From Bigelowiella natans CCMP2755 (Eukaryota; Protista; Cercozoa): 64,000 nucleotides of DNA. Below the pieces are notes generated by a model. The model searched no databases. It was not told the origin of the DNA and saw only the letters and a list, made by a program, of their open reading frames with translations. Positions 26,899-48,843 of this stretch are shown here, piece by piece (the stretch's first letter is position 1; the number at the start of each line of letters is the position of its first letter). The stretch spans positions 1 through 64,000 of the forward strand of contig ADNK01002537.1 of the NCBI GenBank assembly GCA_000320545.1, written 5' to 3'. Made by a program: the position numbers and the translations under genes.

Positions 26899-27400
26899 AA
26901 CAATGAACAATGAACAATGATGATGAACTGCACTTCCAAAGTGTTGCAAGACGTTTGCAGAGTGCGAAACGCAGTGCCTCGAACCAACTTTGGTGAGGGC
27001 AGTGACCAGTGAACTGGCAGATTTTTTGAACAAAGTGAGGAAGCTGCTGTCAATGTGAGACAATGTGACTGGCAGCAATGTGGCGAAGGCGCAAGGTGTC
27101 AACTCTGATCAGGAACTTCCTGAACGCAACATCCACCCGACGATCCACGTTGGGATCATCCGAAGGAGCACCCAGCAAGACTCTGATCTTGACAGAGTCA
27201 GGAGCATCAAAGAATGAGGAACAGGCAGGAGAATCCGGGCCCAGAGCCACTCTCATGCTCGAGAAAAGTGTGTTCCTCGCAGCATTCAAGTGAGCACAAT
27301 GATGGATGAGGTGGTTTACACTTTGAACAACTTCAGCATCACAAAGAGGACAGACTGAGGAAGAGGGGGGCAATTCTCGAGAATTTTGGTGAGGGCTCAT
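26899..27400 (-). mobile_element. 5'-truncated non-LTR retrotransposon (LINE) 3' end
   Basis: ORF 27050-27418 contains CPLC..E.....HLIHHC..L...R, the C-terminal CCHC zinc knuckle of LINE ORF2. It is followed by a 3' UTR ending in a (CATTGTT)n tandem tail at ~26899-26920. Confidence 0.75.
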
Positions 27401-27760
27401 GACAAACTGTGAAAACAATAATTAAAAAATGCATGTAATAAAATAACAAAGACACAGGGTGTCGGAGAAAAGCTAAGAAAAAGGGGCGCAGATTTAGGAC
27501 TTTTTCTAAATCAGGGAACGCATATTCTCGTGTCGCAACGTGCAAAATTCATGAATTTATCCAATTTCTGCTAAGCTAGTGGAGTACGTATTCCTGCCCC
27601 CTCCTTCCGTAGTGAATACGACTTACATCCGATTCGAATACTGCCGTCTGCTACTTATCAAATTAGGAGAAACCACGTTCAACGACGTAGGGTGTTGTAA
27701 GAGAATATTTCATGGTGCCGAGTCCCTCACTTGCGCTCGAGAAATAAACGTGGAATCATC

Positions 27761-28897
27761 ATGTCTTCGCCGCAATCGATGTCGAAGGTACTGATTGTGC
27801 GCGTGTTCCTCACTTCAACCAAAAGTTTATCTTCATTTATATGTGTTTATAACTACATATATATACACCGAACAGCACTCTCACGCATCAATGCCATGTA
27901 TAGAACGTCCGTGCACACGAATACAACACATTCCAGACCCTGTGATTGTACCCTTCATAAAAATTAATGCGATCTAAACTGCTCATAGGCTCTATTAAAG
28001 GCAGCAAAAAGAAAGGATGCTGTTTCAATACAATACTACATAGAGGACAAAAAAGTACACGTCGACACCGAGGACGCGTACGGGATGACGCCCCTGCACT
28101 GGGCTGCTTGGGGGGGAAATCTAAAAATAGTACGATACCTCGTTGAGAAAGCCAACGCCAATGTTGAGGCAAACCACGACGATGGTTTCACGCCACTCCA
28201 TCGAGCAGCAGCAGGCAGTGGTGTTGATGTGGTGAGTTACCTTGTGGAGAAGGCTAGCGCTAACTACAATGCCCAGACGAACGACGGGGCCACTCCCCTC
28301 CACTGGGCTGCTGCATGTGGCCGAATTGGTGCGGTGAGGTGTCTTGTGGAGAAGGTCAGTGCCAACGTTGAGGCCCAAGACAAGCGTGGATATACGCCTC
28401 TTCATTGGGCTGCTACGAATGGACGCCTGGAATTCGTGCAGTATCTTGTGGGAGACGCCAATGCCAAGGTTGAAGCCAAGGATAACGATGGATATACCCC
28501 TCTCCACGGCGCCGCCCACAATGGCAAAGTTGATGTGGTGCGTTACCTCGTCGAGGAAGCGAAGGCCAACGCTGAGGCTAGGAACAACTACGGATGGACG
28601 CCACTCCACCGGGCTGCACAATATGGCCATCGTCAGCCAGTGATATATCTCACGCAGACTGCCAATGCAAATGTCGATGCTGAAGACGCTGATGGGGAGA
28701 CGCCCATCCATTATGCCGCTGCAAATGGCCACCTACGGGTCGTGAGGTGGCTCGTGAGGTCCAACGCTGACATAGAGGCTAAGAACAACGATGGCCAGAC
28801 GCCTCTCGGCTTTGCGAAGGAGTTTAAGGAAAATTCAGTCGTCGAGTTCATTGAAGAGGTCGTTTTGCGTCACTCTGCCTTTCATATTTCACCATAG
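27761..28897 (+). CDS. Ankyrin-repeat protein (~7-8 repeats)
   Basis: MSSPQSMSK|ALLKAAKRKD..., then repeated G.TPLHWAA..G....V.YLVE.A.ANVEA.D..G units in ORF 28085-28897. The 3' end may be spliced further. Confidence 0.9.
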
Positions 28898-29639
28898 TTT
28901 CCCCCGACTAACGAATAGAGTACAGACAAGAGAAACAGTACGACTTGCCGTCGGGGGGCGGCCCTCAATTACTGTTGTGTTGATTCGATGTGGATTTTCG
29001 TCGGGAGAAAGTTGCACGCAGATTCTTTCTTGCTCATTTTTACAAAAGGCTGCTGCTGCGATGTCCAGCAGCAGCTTCAGATCTGAACATTTAAGCCAAC
29101 AACATGCCTTTTTTTTGCATTCAAAGCAAAATCGAAAGCGTATTAGCTAACGAACACGTGATTGTTATGATCCTATTATCTCTAGGTAGTCAACGAGAGG
29201 CGGGTCAAACGCTGCTTGTGTAGAGATCTGGACTTGGTTGCAATGCTCCACAATGATATATGGGAAAGTATTTTTGGAGCCAAGTTATATTGCAGCGTCT
29301 CGGTTGACGACGAAACCATTGAAAAGTCTACTACTTGCATATAGACATGCACTATCGGCATTGTTTGCTGCTTTGCTTTCAAGCAGTTCTTGACCGTGCA
29401 TGAAATATGAGCTACAGCTGACAATTGCAGACTTCTGGGAATCTGTGTAAAACATGTACGCATGCCTTGCTAGAAGATTTTGACATGTCAAACCTATCCC
29501 AAACACTGTCAATTCGGGATAGAGGACGCTGGATTATGGACACGTAATATCATATATATGTTATATATGCTATTTGTTATAGACATGTAATGTCATATAT
29601 GTGTTACATGTGCTATTACCACGTCTGTTATCAGTATCT

Positions 29640-30445
29640 GGGCTGCGTGCCGGCCATGCGCGGCCGCAACAGCGGGATGCTGTGAGCTACCCAAAAAACA
29701 GCCTGTGCTTTCACATTGTCAGTGTGGCTCACTGACAACTACGAAGGTCCCACATGCAACCGACATCGCTAGATCGCAATCAGACGTGCACAATGTGCAT
29801 GTGAAAGCAATCGAAGTGACGCATGCGCGCAATGGATGGATTTTGCAACGAAAATCCGGGATCACAGATCACGCCCGCGCCTTGCTAGCTAGCTAGCTGG
29901 CTGTGGTGGCCGTGCAATGTTTTGAATCACTTTTTGATCGTGTGTGCGTGGCCGCGCACGACCAGCGATGCTGTCATGGATCGCACCGAATTTGCGTGAC
30001 ATGGCTTGTTTCTGTCATTTCATTTTGCTCGCTTCGTTGAGAATGTGCACTTGCATGCGCAACAATTCGCCTGTTTGTGGACGTTTGCAACTGCAATTGA
30101 TTGACCACAGCGCAACCATTCAACGTGCGCAAATCAACATTTGTTGTCAATTTTCACCAAGCACAAAGTGCACATGGCGCAATCTAGCAGTTGCAGCGCG
30201 CAGCACGCTCTGGACGCTGTCACATGGCGCTAGCTGCGCACGATGCATGACAATGGTCTGCATTTCCAAAATGTTGCAATGAACAATGAACAATGAAGAA
30301 AGCGTTGATCAAAACTACATGCGCCAGAACCACATGGGAGACATGTTGCGAAAGATGTGTGGAAACAATGAAACAACAATGATGAAGAACTACATTTCCA
30401 AAGTGTGGAGATGCAATTGAATGCAAATGTGCATTGAGTTGAAAA
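29640..30445. other. TpA-depleted island 3
   Basis: TA nearly absent apart from CTAG (gctagctagctagc at ~29884) and a few CTAC. Confidence 0.8.
30258..30410 (-). mobile_element. Short remnants related to the LINE 3'-end/tail sequences of island 2
   Basis: (aacaatg)n, catgcgccagaaccac..catgggagaca and aact.ca.ttccaaagtgt are shared with 26573-26645 and 26899-26950. Confidence 0.65.
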
Positions 30446-31086
30446 AAGTTATTTTGATAAATTTACCTAAACGGCTAAGTACTGGTCGATGTGGAATGTA
30501 GATCTAGCTATGAATGGAATGTTTTTTCGTAAAGGGTTGGTCTTAGAATTTGCCGAAGAAATCCGTGGAAATTATAAAATTATGACCACAAATATAATAA
30601 AGCGGATTGCAAACACGCGCGAAGGTGTTTTGTCGGATTTTATTCGAAAGAACAGCGCGAGAGGTCTATACCTGATCCGTAAGCCGTCATGCGACAACAT
30701 CAAGTTGATATCTCAAGGTAATTTCTTCCTGTGTTTCGATGTAGACTCGTGGAAATTTGGATTCCTGCCATTTGTAAGACTGCACTTTTTCGTTTAAAGA
30801 TGGCGTAGCTTTATGCCTTGAGACAGTCCCTGAAACAAATAATTGTTTAAATTTATAGGGAATTTTATGTTTTTATGTGATATTCTGAGCATCTTTTGGG
30901 TGAATATCTGAATCTCTGAGTTAAGCGTCTGAGAACTGAAACCCTCTCCAGAGCCGGAGTGAGCTTTCATTGTCGAAGGCTCTTGCAACAGGTATTTTGA
31001 GTTACCTATCCCCTACTCGACTGATTTCTACCACGTTATTTCGTCCATTCAATTATTGGGTTTGTATGTGCTGAAAAAGCAGGGTA

Positions 31087-40802
<9,716 letters not shown>

Positions 40803-40984
40803 CCAGCGATCGTGTTAACTTCGATTTGTGCTGATCCAGTGCTCTTAATTTTGGTTTTGTGCACATCGGATTCGCATTTAACTAGCAATGATGTTGGATT
40901 GTTGAAATATCTTGTAAATTTTGTTTGTTTTATTTCTAAAATTGTTTACGATTCATTAACACATCTAGATTTATTGTGAAGTGT

Positions 40985-41400
40985 ACCAAAAATTGCATCC
41001 TGTGACTTCTTCTCTGTGGAGGGTTTTCAATTGTGTTTGCGCAGCAGCCACGCTAGCACGTGCAAGTGTGCGCACTGAACTCCAAGTGCACAATTTTTGT
41101 CAGACAGCTGCATGGCGTGGTGAAATTCAGAGGGGGGCACACGAACCGTTTCCAGATTTTCAAAGATCCTTCATTTTGCGCGCACGCACGTAGCGCGGAA
41201 CAGCTTGAGTGATTCAGTGATCAGGAATCGTGCAGCACGCACGCGTGCCGAAACTGTCTAGCTGTGCTGGGCAGCGCACGCACGTGACAAACACACGTGG
41301 TTTCACACACGCTGGTTTCAACATTATGTGTGGTTTCATGCATGTGTTCTCAGCTGTCACACGAACATCTTGAATTTGTTCAGGCCATGACGCGTCTCTG
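40985..41400. other. TpA-depleted island 4
   Basis: About 400 bp with TA only at gctagc, cgtagc, tctagc and one attat; many CACG/GCGCAC tracts. Confidence 0.7.
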
Positions 41401-41805
41401 CGCGTCTATGAAAGAGCACTCCATTCCATGCCAGCGTCTCGACATCGCAAGCCTCGTCATAGCGGAAAATGCCCATTTCATTGCCACATTACTTGTCGCA
41501 GATCGCAATGCGGATGCGATTCAACCATTCTTGCTCTCCGACAGCAATCACAACAAAAGATTACCTTTGAGCACTATCTTCCTCTAGAAAATGCCGGGAT
41601 TAAAAATGAAAAGGTAATTTTCTGGGCCTTTTCTGCTCATTTACGTGAGGGTTGTTACATTTCAACGTTTTTCCGCCATGTTAAAGGAAGATTTTCGTGT
41701 GATGAACTCTCACATTTTGCCATTTTGCGGGCACATCTTCTCTGTCTGCCTCGAATTCAAGCTATTCAAGCTCCTTTGAGCTCCGTCCGGCTCCAAGGCG
41801 AAAGC

Positions 41806-44800
41806 ATGGTAGCTTTTAAACTCGCTATGGTTCTTGTTCTTTTCGCATGGATTGCAAAGTGCCAATACATCCTTAATGTAACCGAACTGTCAGAGGAAGA
41901 GATTTTTCACTACCGTGCTACAAGTGCTACATGGGATGGGAGATCCCCTTCTCGTATGGGTGATGTAAATAATGACGGGGTTCACGACTTCGCTATTGCA
42001 AGGGCTAGAGGGAACGATCGTGGTGTACTAATCATATTCGGTGGAGCTGGTTTGTCATCCCTCGGCAGTTCAACATCCTACGAAGAAGTTTCAGTAGGCC
42101 AAGGATTAAAAATAAGAAGAGCTACCCCGGATAATGGTGATTGGTTTGGAAGCAATGTGGACTTTGGGGATGTGAATGGAGATCAAATATCAGATATTCT
42201 TATATCGAGCTTTTTTGCATCCCCTTTGGGCATTGAACGAGCTGGTCAAGTGTACGTGATATTTGGCGGATCGCACCTAACAGATCTTGGTGTTTTGGAG
42301 GTTGAAACAATGAGTCCTGAGCAAGGTGTGGAAATTAACGGAACGCGTTATATTGAAAGCTTACATCACGTGAGCGGAGGAGGCGACTTCAACAATGACG
42401 GGTTTGATGACTTATTAATCGGCAGTTCTTATGGTGTAGACAACAACATAGGTGGCGGTAACGGAGGAATTGGACGAGCTTACCTTCTGTTCGGAGGCCC
42501 AAACTTTCTCGCGAATCAATCAAGTGTCAATCTTACCACAGAGTTTGTTGTTGGGACTAATATTGGACTACATTTCGACGGATCAAATAATGGGGAAATA
42601 GTGCGTCATGTACAATTTCTGGGGGATGTAAACGGAGATGGGATTGATGATATTTCTATTAGTTGTCCCATAACTAGAGATAATGCTGGAACTGTTTATA
42701 TTATATTTGGAAACTCAAACCCGGTCTCTAGAAATAGTCTGAGCAATCTGAGAGACTTTTCGAATTGGGACGAGGGGGTTGTATTAGATGGAATAATCGA
42801 TGTCAATTATCGGCTGGGAAACGTATTTGTTTCTGGTGGAGATTTCAATGGCGATGGCATAAACGATATTGCTCTTGGACAAGAAGCATCTGGTATTACT
42901 GGTATTGGTGTATCATTAGCGTATGTTGTATTTGGCGGTCCGTACCTCAATGCTCTCGGGTCATTATCCATGGACGAATTGGAGGTTGGAATAGGACTTA
43001 CCCTAAATACGTCGGTAGTTCTCGGCGGGTCCACAAATATATCATCTGGAGGATACACAGCAGTTCAGTTTGTCTCAGATGTGACAGGGGACGGGATGGA
43101 CGATCTCTTGATAGGCTGTCGATTAGAAACAATAGACGGCGTACTTGACACTGGCAGAGCATATCTTGTGTACGGTGGGAGTGATGTGGATAAGCAAAAA
43201 TATGTTCCATTGAATGACCTCCCTCGAGACTGGGGCATTATTATTGAAGGGAACCGAGATAGCAACTCTCAGTTTGGTATTATTGTTGGATCTGCTGGAG
43301 ACATAAATAACGATGGTCTCAACGATTTTCGTATCCACCAAGGTTTGCCCCAGGGTGTAACGAACACATATATAATTTATGGTAGGATTGTAACAGCCTC
43401 CCCAACATCATCTCCCGTTACTTGTGGCCAGGGATACTACAGAGATGAGCAGATGGTATGTAGATAATTTGTTTTCGCAATCACCACCTTCAATCTGAAT
43501 ACATCTTTGTTTCTATACAGAGATGTCTACCATGTGGCTTTGATTTTTATTGTGACGGAACAGCGAGGACTTCATGCCCATCGTTTTCTGGAACTGGCGA
43601 AAACGTGAACGCTATTACCCTTAATCATTGTCTATGTAACACCGGGTTCTATGGATATCCAGCCCTTGGAAGGGCATGTATCAGCTGCGAGCTTTCTCAA
43701 TTCTGCCCTTATGGAACTACGGTTTATAAACTTGAAATTTATTCGAAGTCGAGAAGTTGAGCTGTCAATGAAAATTATTTATTTGCACAAAAGGAACGTC
43801 AGCTTTGCCCTCCTGGTTACCATTGCCCTTCAACGGATGTTTCACTAGTTTGTGTGGAGGGAACCTATTGCCCTGAAGGTATGACAACGATAACCCTTCC
43901 AGCTTTCTGGGCTTAAAGTATTTTTCCGTAGGAAGCACTGAGGAAAGATTGTGTTCAAGAGGCATGCATTGTCCCAATACAACAGTGGTACAAAGCACAG
44001 AAGATTAAGTGACTTAGATATAAGTTTCGTATTCTGTACGTAGATGATTGAATGCAGAAAAGGTGAATACTGTGCAGATGAGGGTCGCACATCACCGGAG
44101 GAATGTCCGGCCGGTTCATACTGCCCTCGTCCAACTGAGGTTCGCTTATATTGCTTTGTATAGCAATACGAAGTTCTTATATTCAATAATGTAATAAAAA
44201 AGATGATTCCTTGTACTCTGGGAGATTTCTGTCCGGTTCGCAGTTCCTTTAACCAAACGTGTCCCATCGGATTTGCGTAAGCTATTTTCTCTTGATTTGT
44301 GAAACGTCCTTTTCCGAATGAATTTAAGAGAGAGTGAACTGCCCAATATTCAACTGTTTAGATGTCCATCTCCTGGCGAGCGGAAACGCTGCTCCAATGG
44401 CACATTTTCCGATACGCCAGGAAGCATTAGTTGTACACAATGTCCAGCCGGGAGCTATTGCTCCTCAGAATCGCAACGAAGATGTCCGGCAAATTCCGAG
44501 TCGTTTCCAGGTTCAATGGATATATCTCAGTGTGTCTGCAAAGAAGGGTATAAAAGAATTCTATTCATAAGCGTTGATTCTATTCAAATTGAACTCACGC
44601 TCGCGCACTTAAATTCAGGTTTGGCCGCCTCGACTGTGATAAATGTGTCGAACTCAATTCCACTTTTGACGTCACTTTGATAGTTGTTGGAGCTCTTCTT
44701 GGATTTTCTTTGGTGCTGATCATAGGCTTCATGATAAGACATTATGGATCCAAGAACACGTCTTTAAGTTTAACATTGGTAGTAATCCCGAATGTGTTAT

Positions 44801-45869
44801 GTAGCAAATACCAACAAGTAACTTTGCATTAACTAATCAGGAGTTCGTTGCGGTTACAGCTGGATTTATAGGAGATTGGAGTAACTGGTGTACAGATTTA
44901 GCAACGTTAATCAATGTAGTGCAGCCAAACAGCGATCTCCAGAATCTAGTGCTACCCGTTATTCTTTGTTTGAGTGCCGGAGGATTGATGAACGTTGCAG
45001 GATCTATTGTTTCATATTTCATCATTCGTGAGTTATGCAAGCAGGTTTGTAAAATGACACCATCGTGTATGTTGATAAAGTTAAATATAGATTTTTAGGT
45101 GAGTGAACGTAAATCAAAAACAGAGGGGCTAGAGCAAAGGTTGAAATTCCTCGAAGACTTTACAAAACAAGCAGAAAGGTTTTTTAGGAAACTGGATTTG
45201 AATAAGGGGGAAATGGGCGATATGCCAGGAAAACGTCGAAGTATCTCAGAATGGAATTCAGCTCTAGAAGTCCTTCATTCAACAGCATCCATGCCGTCCA
45301 TAAAATATGAAACCATTTCTTCACTTCCATCAATGCAGTGCGATTCATTAATCAATGGAATTCGCAAGAGTAATAGAAAAAGAAATTTGGCAATAATGGA
45401 TGCTTGTGAACTACTCGTCCAAGTAGTCCCGATGTTCATCATTACCGCAGGGCCAATAATGTCGCAAGCCCCGTTATCCGATGTTCGAGGCTGGGTCTTC
45501 CGAGTCTCTCTCATCATCGGAGCAATGTCTGTAGGGGCTAAACTATACCGCGTATCAAGATACTTCGAAAATTTAGCTCACAGTGAAAAGCTCCAGAAAC
45601 AGCTATGTTTGTTAATGATAGGCATACAGTTAGATTGTTATTCTACTAGGAAAAGAGGTAAGGTATCTCAAAGTTTTGATTCAAAATTGAGTAAAGACCC
45701 CCTCATTGCCAACCCCAAATCTGCTGGGGTTCACAACAATATTGGCAGCCAGGTTGAAAGCATTGATACCCCGACTGGTATTAGGAATGCTGAAAGTTCA
45801 AACGAAGCTCCAAATTGGAATTTGCTCTCGTTAAAGAATGATAGATCTTCTTCTGTCCCTAGTAACTGA
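41806..45869 (+). CDS. Membrane protein: signal peptide + FG-GAP (integrin-alpha-type) propeller + Cys-rich stalk + multiple TM helices
   Basis: MVAFKLAMVLVLFAWIAKC; seven D(V/F/I)xxDxxxD Ca-loop repeats (GDVNNDGVHD, GDVNGDQISD, GDFNNDGFDD, GDVNGDGIDD, GDFNGDGIND, SDVTGDGMDD, GDINNDGLND); TASPTSSPVT linker. Small exons carry CPPGYHCP/CPAGSYC repeats. Hydrophobic segments from 44677 onward; last exon 45099-45869. Confidence 0.88.
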
Positions 45870-45999
45870 GCACATCGAAATGTGTGCGCGCTGCTAATGG
45901 AGTTATTGTTAGTTTTGAAAGATACAGATGCATGGTTCATAACATCTCCCTCATATTAGTCATATTAGTCCTCCCATTGAAACAGTTTCATTCTCGTAA

Positions 46000-47100
46000 T
46001 GAACTGCTGAGCTCTGCTTGCACATTTGCCAGCATCAAAAATGTGAGACAGATGTAATGGAAAATTTAAGTTGCTATTCGTTCAAAGTTCATTCCAACGT
46101 AGCTGCATAGACAAGCTAGATAGCTGTGAAATGAAATTGCAACGCTGTGGTCACAGCACAGTGCATGATCTGTGTTTGTCATTAGTTTCTGCAATTTAGT
46201 TTGCTAGTTTGTAGAATCACTCGTGTTTGTAACGTCTTTGTTTGGAGCCGCAGATTTTGCTTCGGAAGGTCTAGAGGTGCCGTGACGTTTGGCAATGACA
46301 GACACAACTAGACAACCTGACACCATGCATGCACTGTGCTTCTACACTAGTACATGCTAGCATGACACCATGAATGCACTGTGCTTCTACATTAGTACAT
46401 GCTAGCATGTACCAGATCACTGCATGTGTGTGTCTGTCATGCCAGCTAGCCAGAGTAGCACGCGCGCACATCCTGACATGGACACATCTAGACATTGGCT
46501 AGATTGATGACTAGATTGATGTCTAGATTGATGCGACGAGATCTAGAGATGTGTGGTTGATCAAGCTAGCAAGCTAGCAAGATTCGTCCATGCAAGACGG
46601 ATGTGATGCAACCCGTGCAAACACGTGATTGCCAATTTTCGAGTTTCCAAGCCCATGCAACATCGGGAAAAGTTGGACCAGGTCACAACACTTTCAGGCT
46701 TGCATGGTGTTTGCGTGCATGTGCATGCTCGTTTCATTGGGCACTGTCTAGCCATCCATGTGCGAAGTGGATTCGGACAACTTTGCGTCGTTGTTCAGTT
46801 GCATTGACCAAAACAAGGCAAGGATTTTGATGCATCGTGTGTCACGCATCTGCAGCACAATTTTGCCGAATTTCCCGATTTTTCGACAGCGCAAAATGCA
46901 TGAGCCTCGGTCAATTTGTGGCTTGCAGATCGATCAGAGAAAAAAAGCAGGCGGCATGTCTGCTCATCATGCCTGATGCATCTGCAATGCCAGCAGCGTC
47001 GCGCAAGCGTTGCCTGAGGCTGCGCCTTGGAATTGCCAGGGTCGTTTGCACGGGTTGTGCGTGAATGAATAAAATTGAATTCATTCGATGGCATGGTCAT
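46000..47100. other. TpA-depleted island 5
   Basis: 46460-47060 has TA essentially only in CTAG; depletion is weaker on the flanks. Confidence 0.75.
46318..46407. repeat. 45-bp tandem duplication
   Basis: tgacaccatg(c/a)atgcactgtgcttctaca(c/t)tagtacatgctagca x2. Confidence 0.9.
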
Positions 47101-47747
47101 CCTCACGTAGCTGTGCATCGCACACACGCAAGACAATCTCCTGCTTGCTTCAAGTTGATTGCCGCACGATGTGACGATGTGGTTTATATGTGATATTATG
47201 TGTCTGTAATCCAATGCAAAACTGTGATTCTTTTGCACGTGGGTTGTTGTTGTTCATTTACGAGCACAACATTATTGCAAGCATGCATGCATGCGCACAC
47301 TTCGATTGTTGTAGCTTGATGCAGTGCCACTAAAACATAAAGCAGATTGTGGCAAAAACTACCAACAAGATTTAGTGATCTTAATCTTAGCGACGTGTCT
47401 GCTGTGCACACTGCACAGCTACACACATGTGTTAGAATGACGATTGTCAAAATGTGACCATTCAATTGCATTCGTACGTCTCAAGTGCCGCTTGACATCA
47501 ACATGCAAGCTCAAGCGCTGCCATTTGCGCAAAAAGATGAACAAATTCAATGCCAAACAGACTTTGGATAACGTGTACTTGCAATAACATGTCGACCCTT
47601 GAAATGCACGTGGGGATGCCGAACACATGCTGAAGGCAAAACATGCCTGGTTTCGATGGCGCCTTTCAACAAAGTACGCGAACCATTGTGTGGCATTAAG
47701 TCATCCGCCTATAAAATCAAATATTTGGTAGCAAGCATGTGATTAAA

Positions 47748-48808
47748 TTAAAGAAGATCAGAAAAGGAAGCATCATGCAGCAGGCAGTGACCAATGATTC
47801 TTTGGAGTTCCGAACTGACTTTCTGTGAAAGGACGTCTGGATCGATGACCTATGGGGAAGATGAGTACAACGTAAAATAAAATACTGTAACAATGTTCAA
47901 TCCAGAAAGATCAACTGACAGTATTTGTAGACTCCATAAACTTGGACAAGAATTCATCTTTATCGACCTGAAAATACAGACACGTAAATAGTTAACATCG
48001 ACACCGTTCGCTTCTTACAGCAATACGGCCGTGATGACGACGCCAACGAATATACAAAAAGCCAAATCTTATATTCAATTTTATGCTCAGAAACAACCAC
48101 ATCGGGATCGCGACATTCGTAACGAATCACCACTATTCCCACATATAACGCATCAGCTGGCATCTGCCATCTTTCAGCCATAGGCTTCGGGTAGCGAAAT
48201 CCGAGCAGCGAAATCAAGCATTGCTTGTGAGATTACCTTCCCGTCACTATTAGTATCCATGCCTTTGAGGACTTCGTCGAATGCAGCCGCGTTATCGAAC
48301 GCTTGGAGCGTCTATTAGTTTAAGTTAAGTTGCGGTGCAATATATTAATCATATCGGTTTTTGCTCTCAAACAATCGATTAGATCTGGATCTCTCGCATG
48401 TATTATCAATCCTCCGTACATGCGGCGATGTGTCTAGTCATCACTACCGCGACAGTATTTGACGTCGGCACAAAACTGGTTTGTATGAGTTCGTGCAAAC
48501 TGCTGCTGACAAGGGGGCTGGGGGATGGTTTAGTTTAGTCGCCTAATCAAAATTACCTTTACGAGGATCTTTGGAACATGCTCTTGGATCAATGGGACCT
48601 AATGGATGAGGTGAGAGCAAATTTCTACTTGACATATGATTTCTCATCTCACACCTTGAGCTCAATTCGTGTGCATTGCAGTTATGGTTTATTATGTGGT
48701 AGTTGTGGTGACCTTCTCCTCAAACATATCGTCCAATGCTTCGTGAGAGAGGCCTTACGATGGCGAGAGCAGTACCGGAAGGGATTACAATTTCAATCAA
48801 GATTCGCT

Positions 48809-48843
<35 letters not shown>

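Larger units (their letters stand above)
24680..27415. other. TpA-depleted island 2 (contains LINE remnants and diverged repeats)
   Basis: By eye, 25201-27316 (~2.1 kb) has only 7 TA dinucleotides: 6 in CTAG and 1 in GTAG. Confidence 0.9.

Noticed and set aside
24703-27102. Dense overlapping Cys/His-rich, Tyr-free ORFs on both strands (also 8.3-12, 46-47 and 61 kb)
   Set aside because: A by-product of TpA loss removing TAA/TAG stops and Tyr codons; no domain signal except the LINE knuckle.
41428-41805. N-terminal 126 aa of the 679-aa ORF
   Set aside because: Probably non-coding read-through; a good signal peptide starts at ATG 41806.
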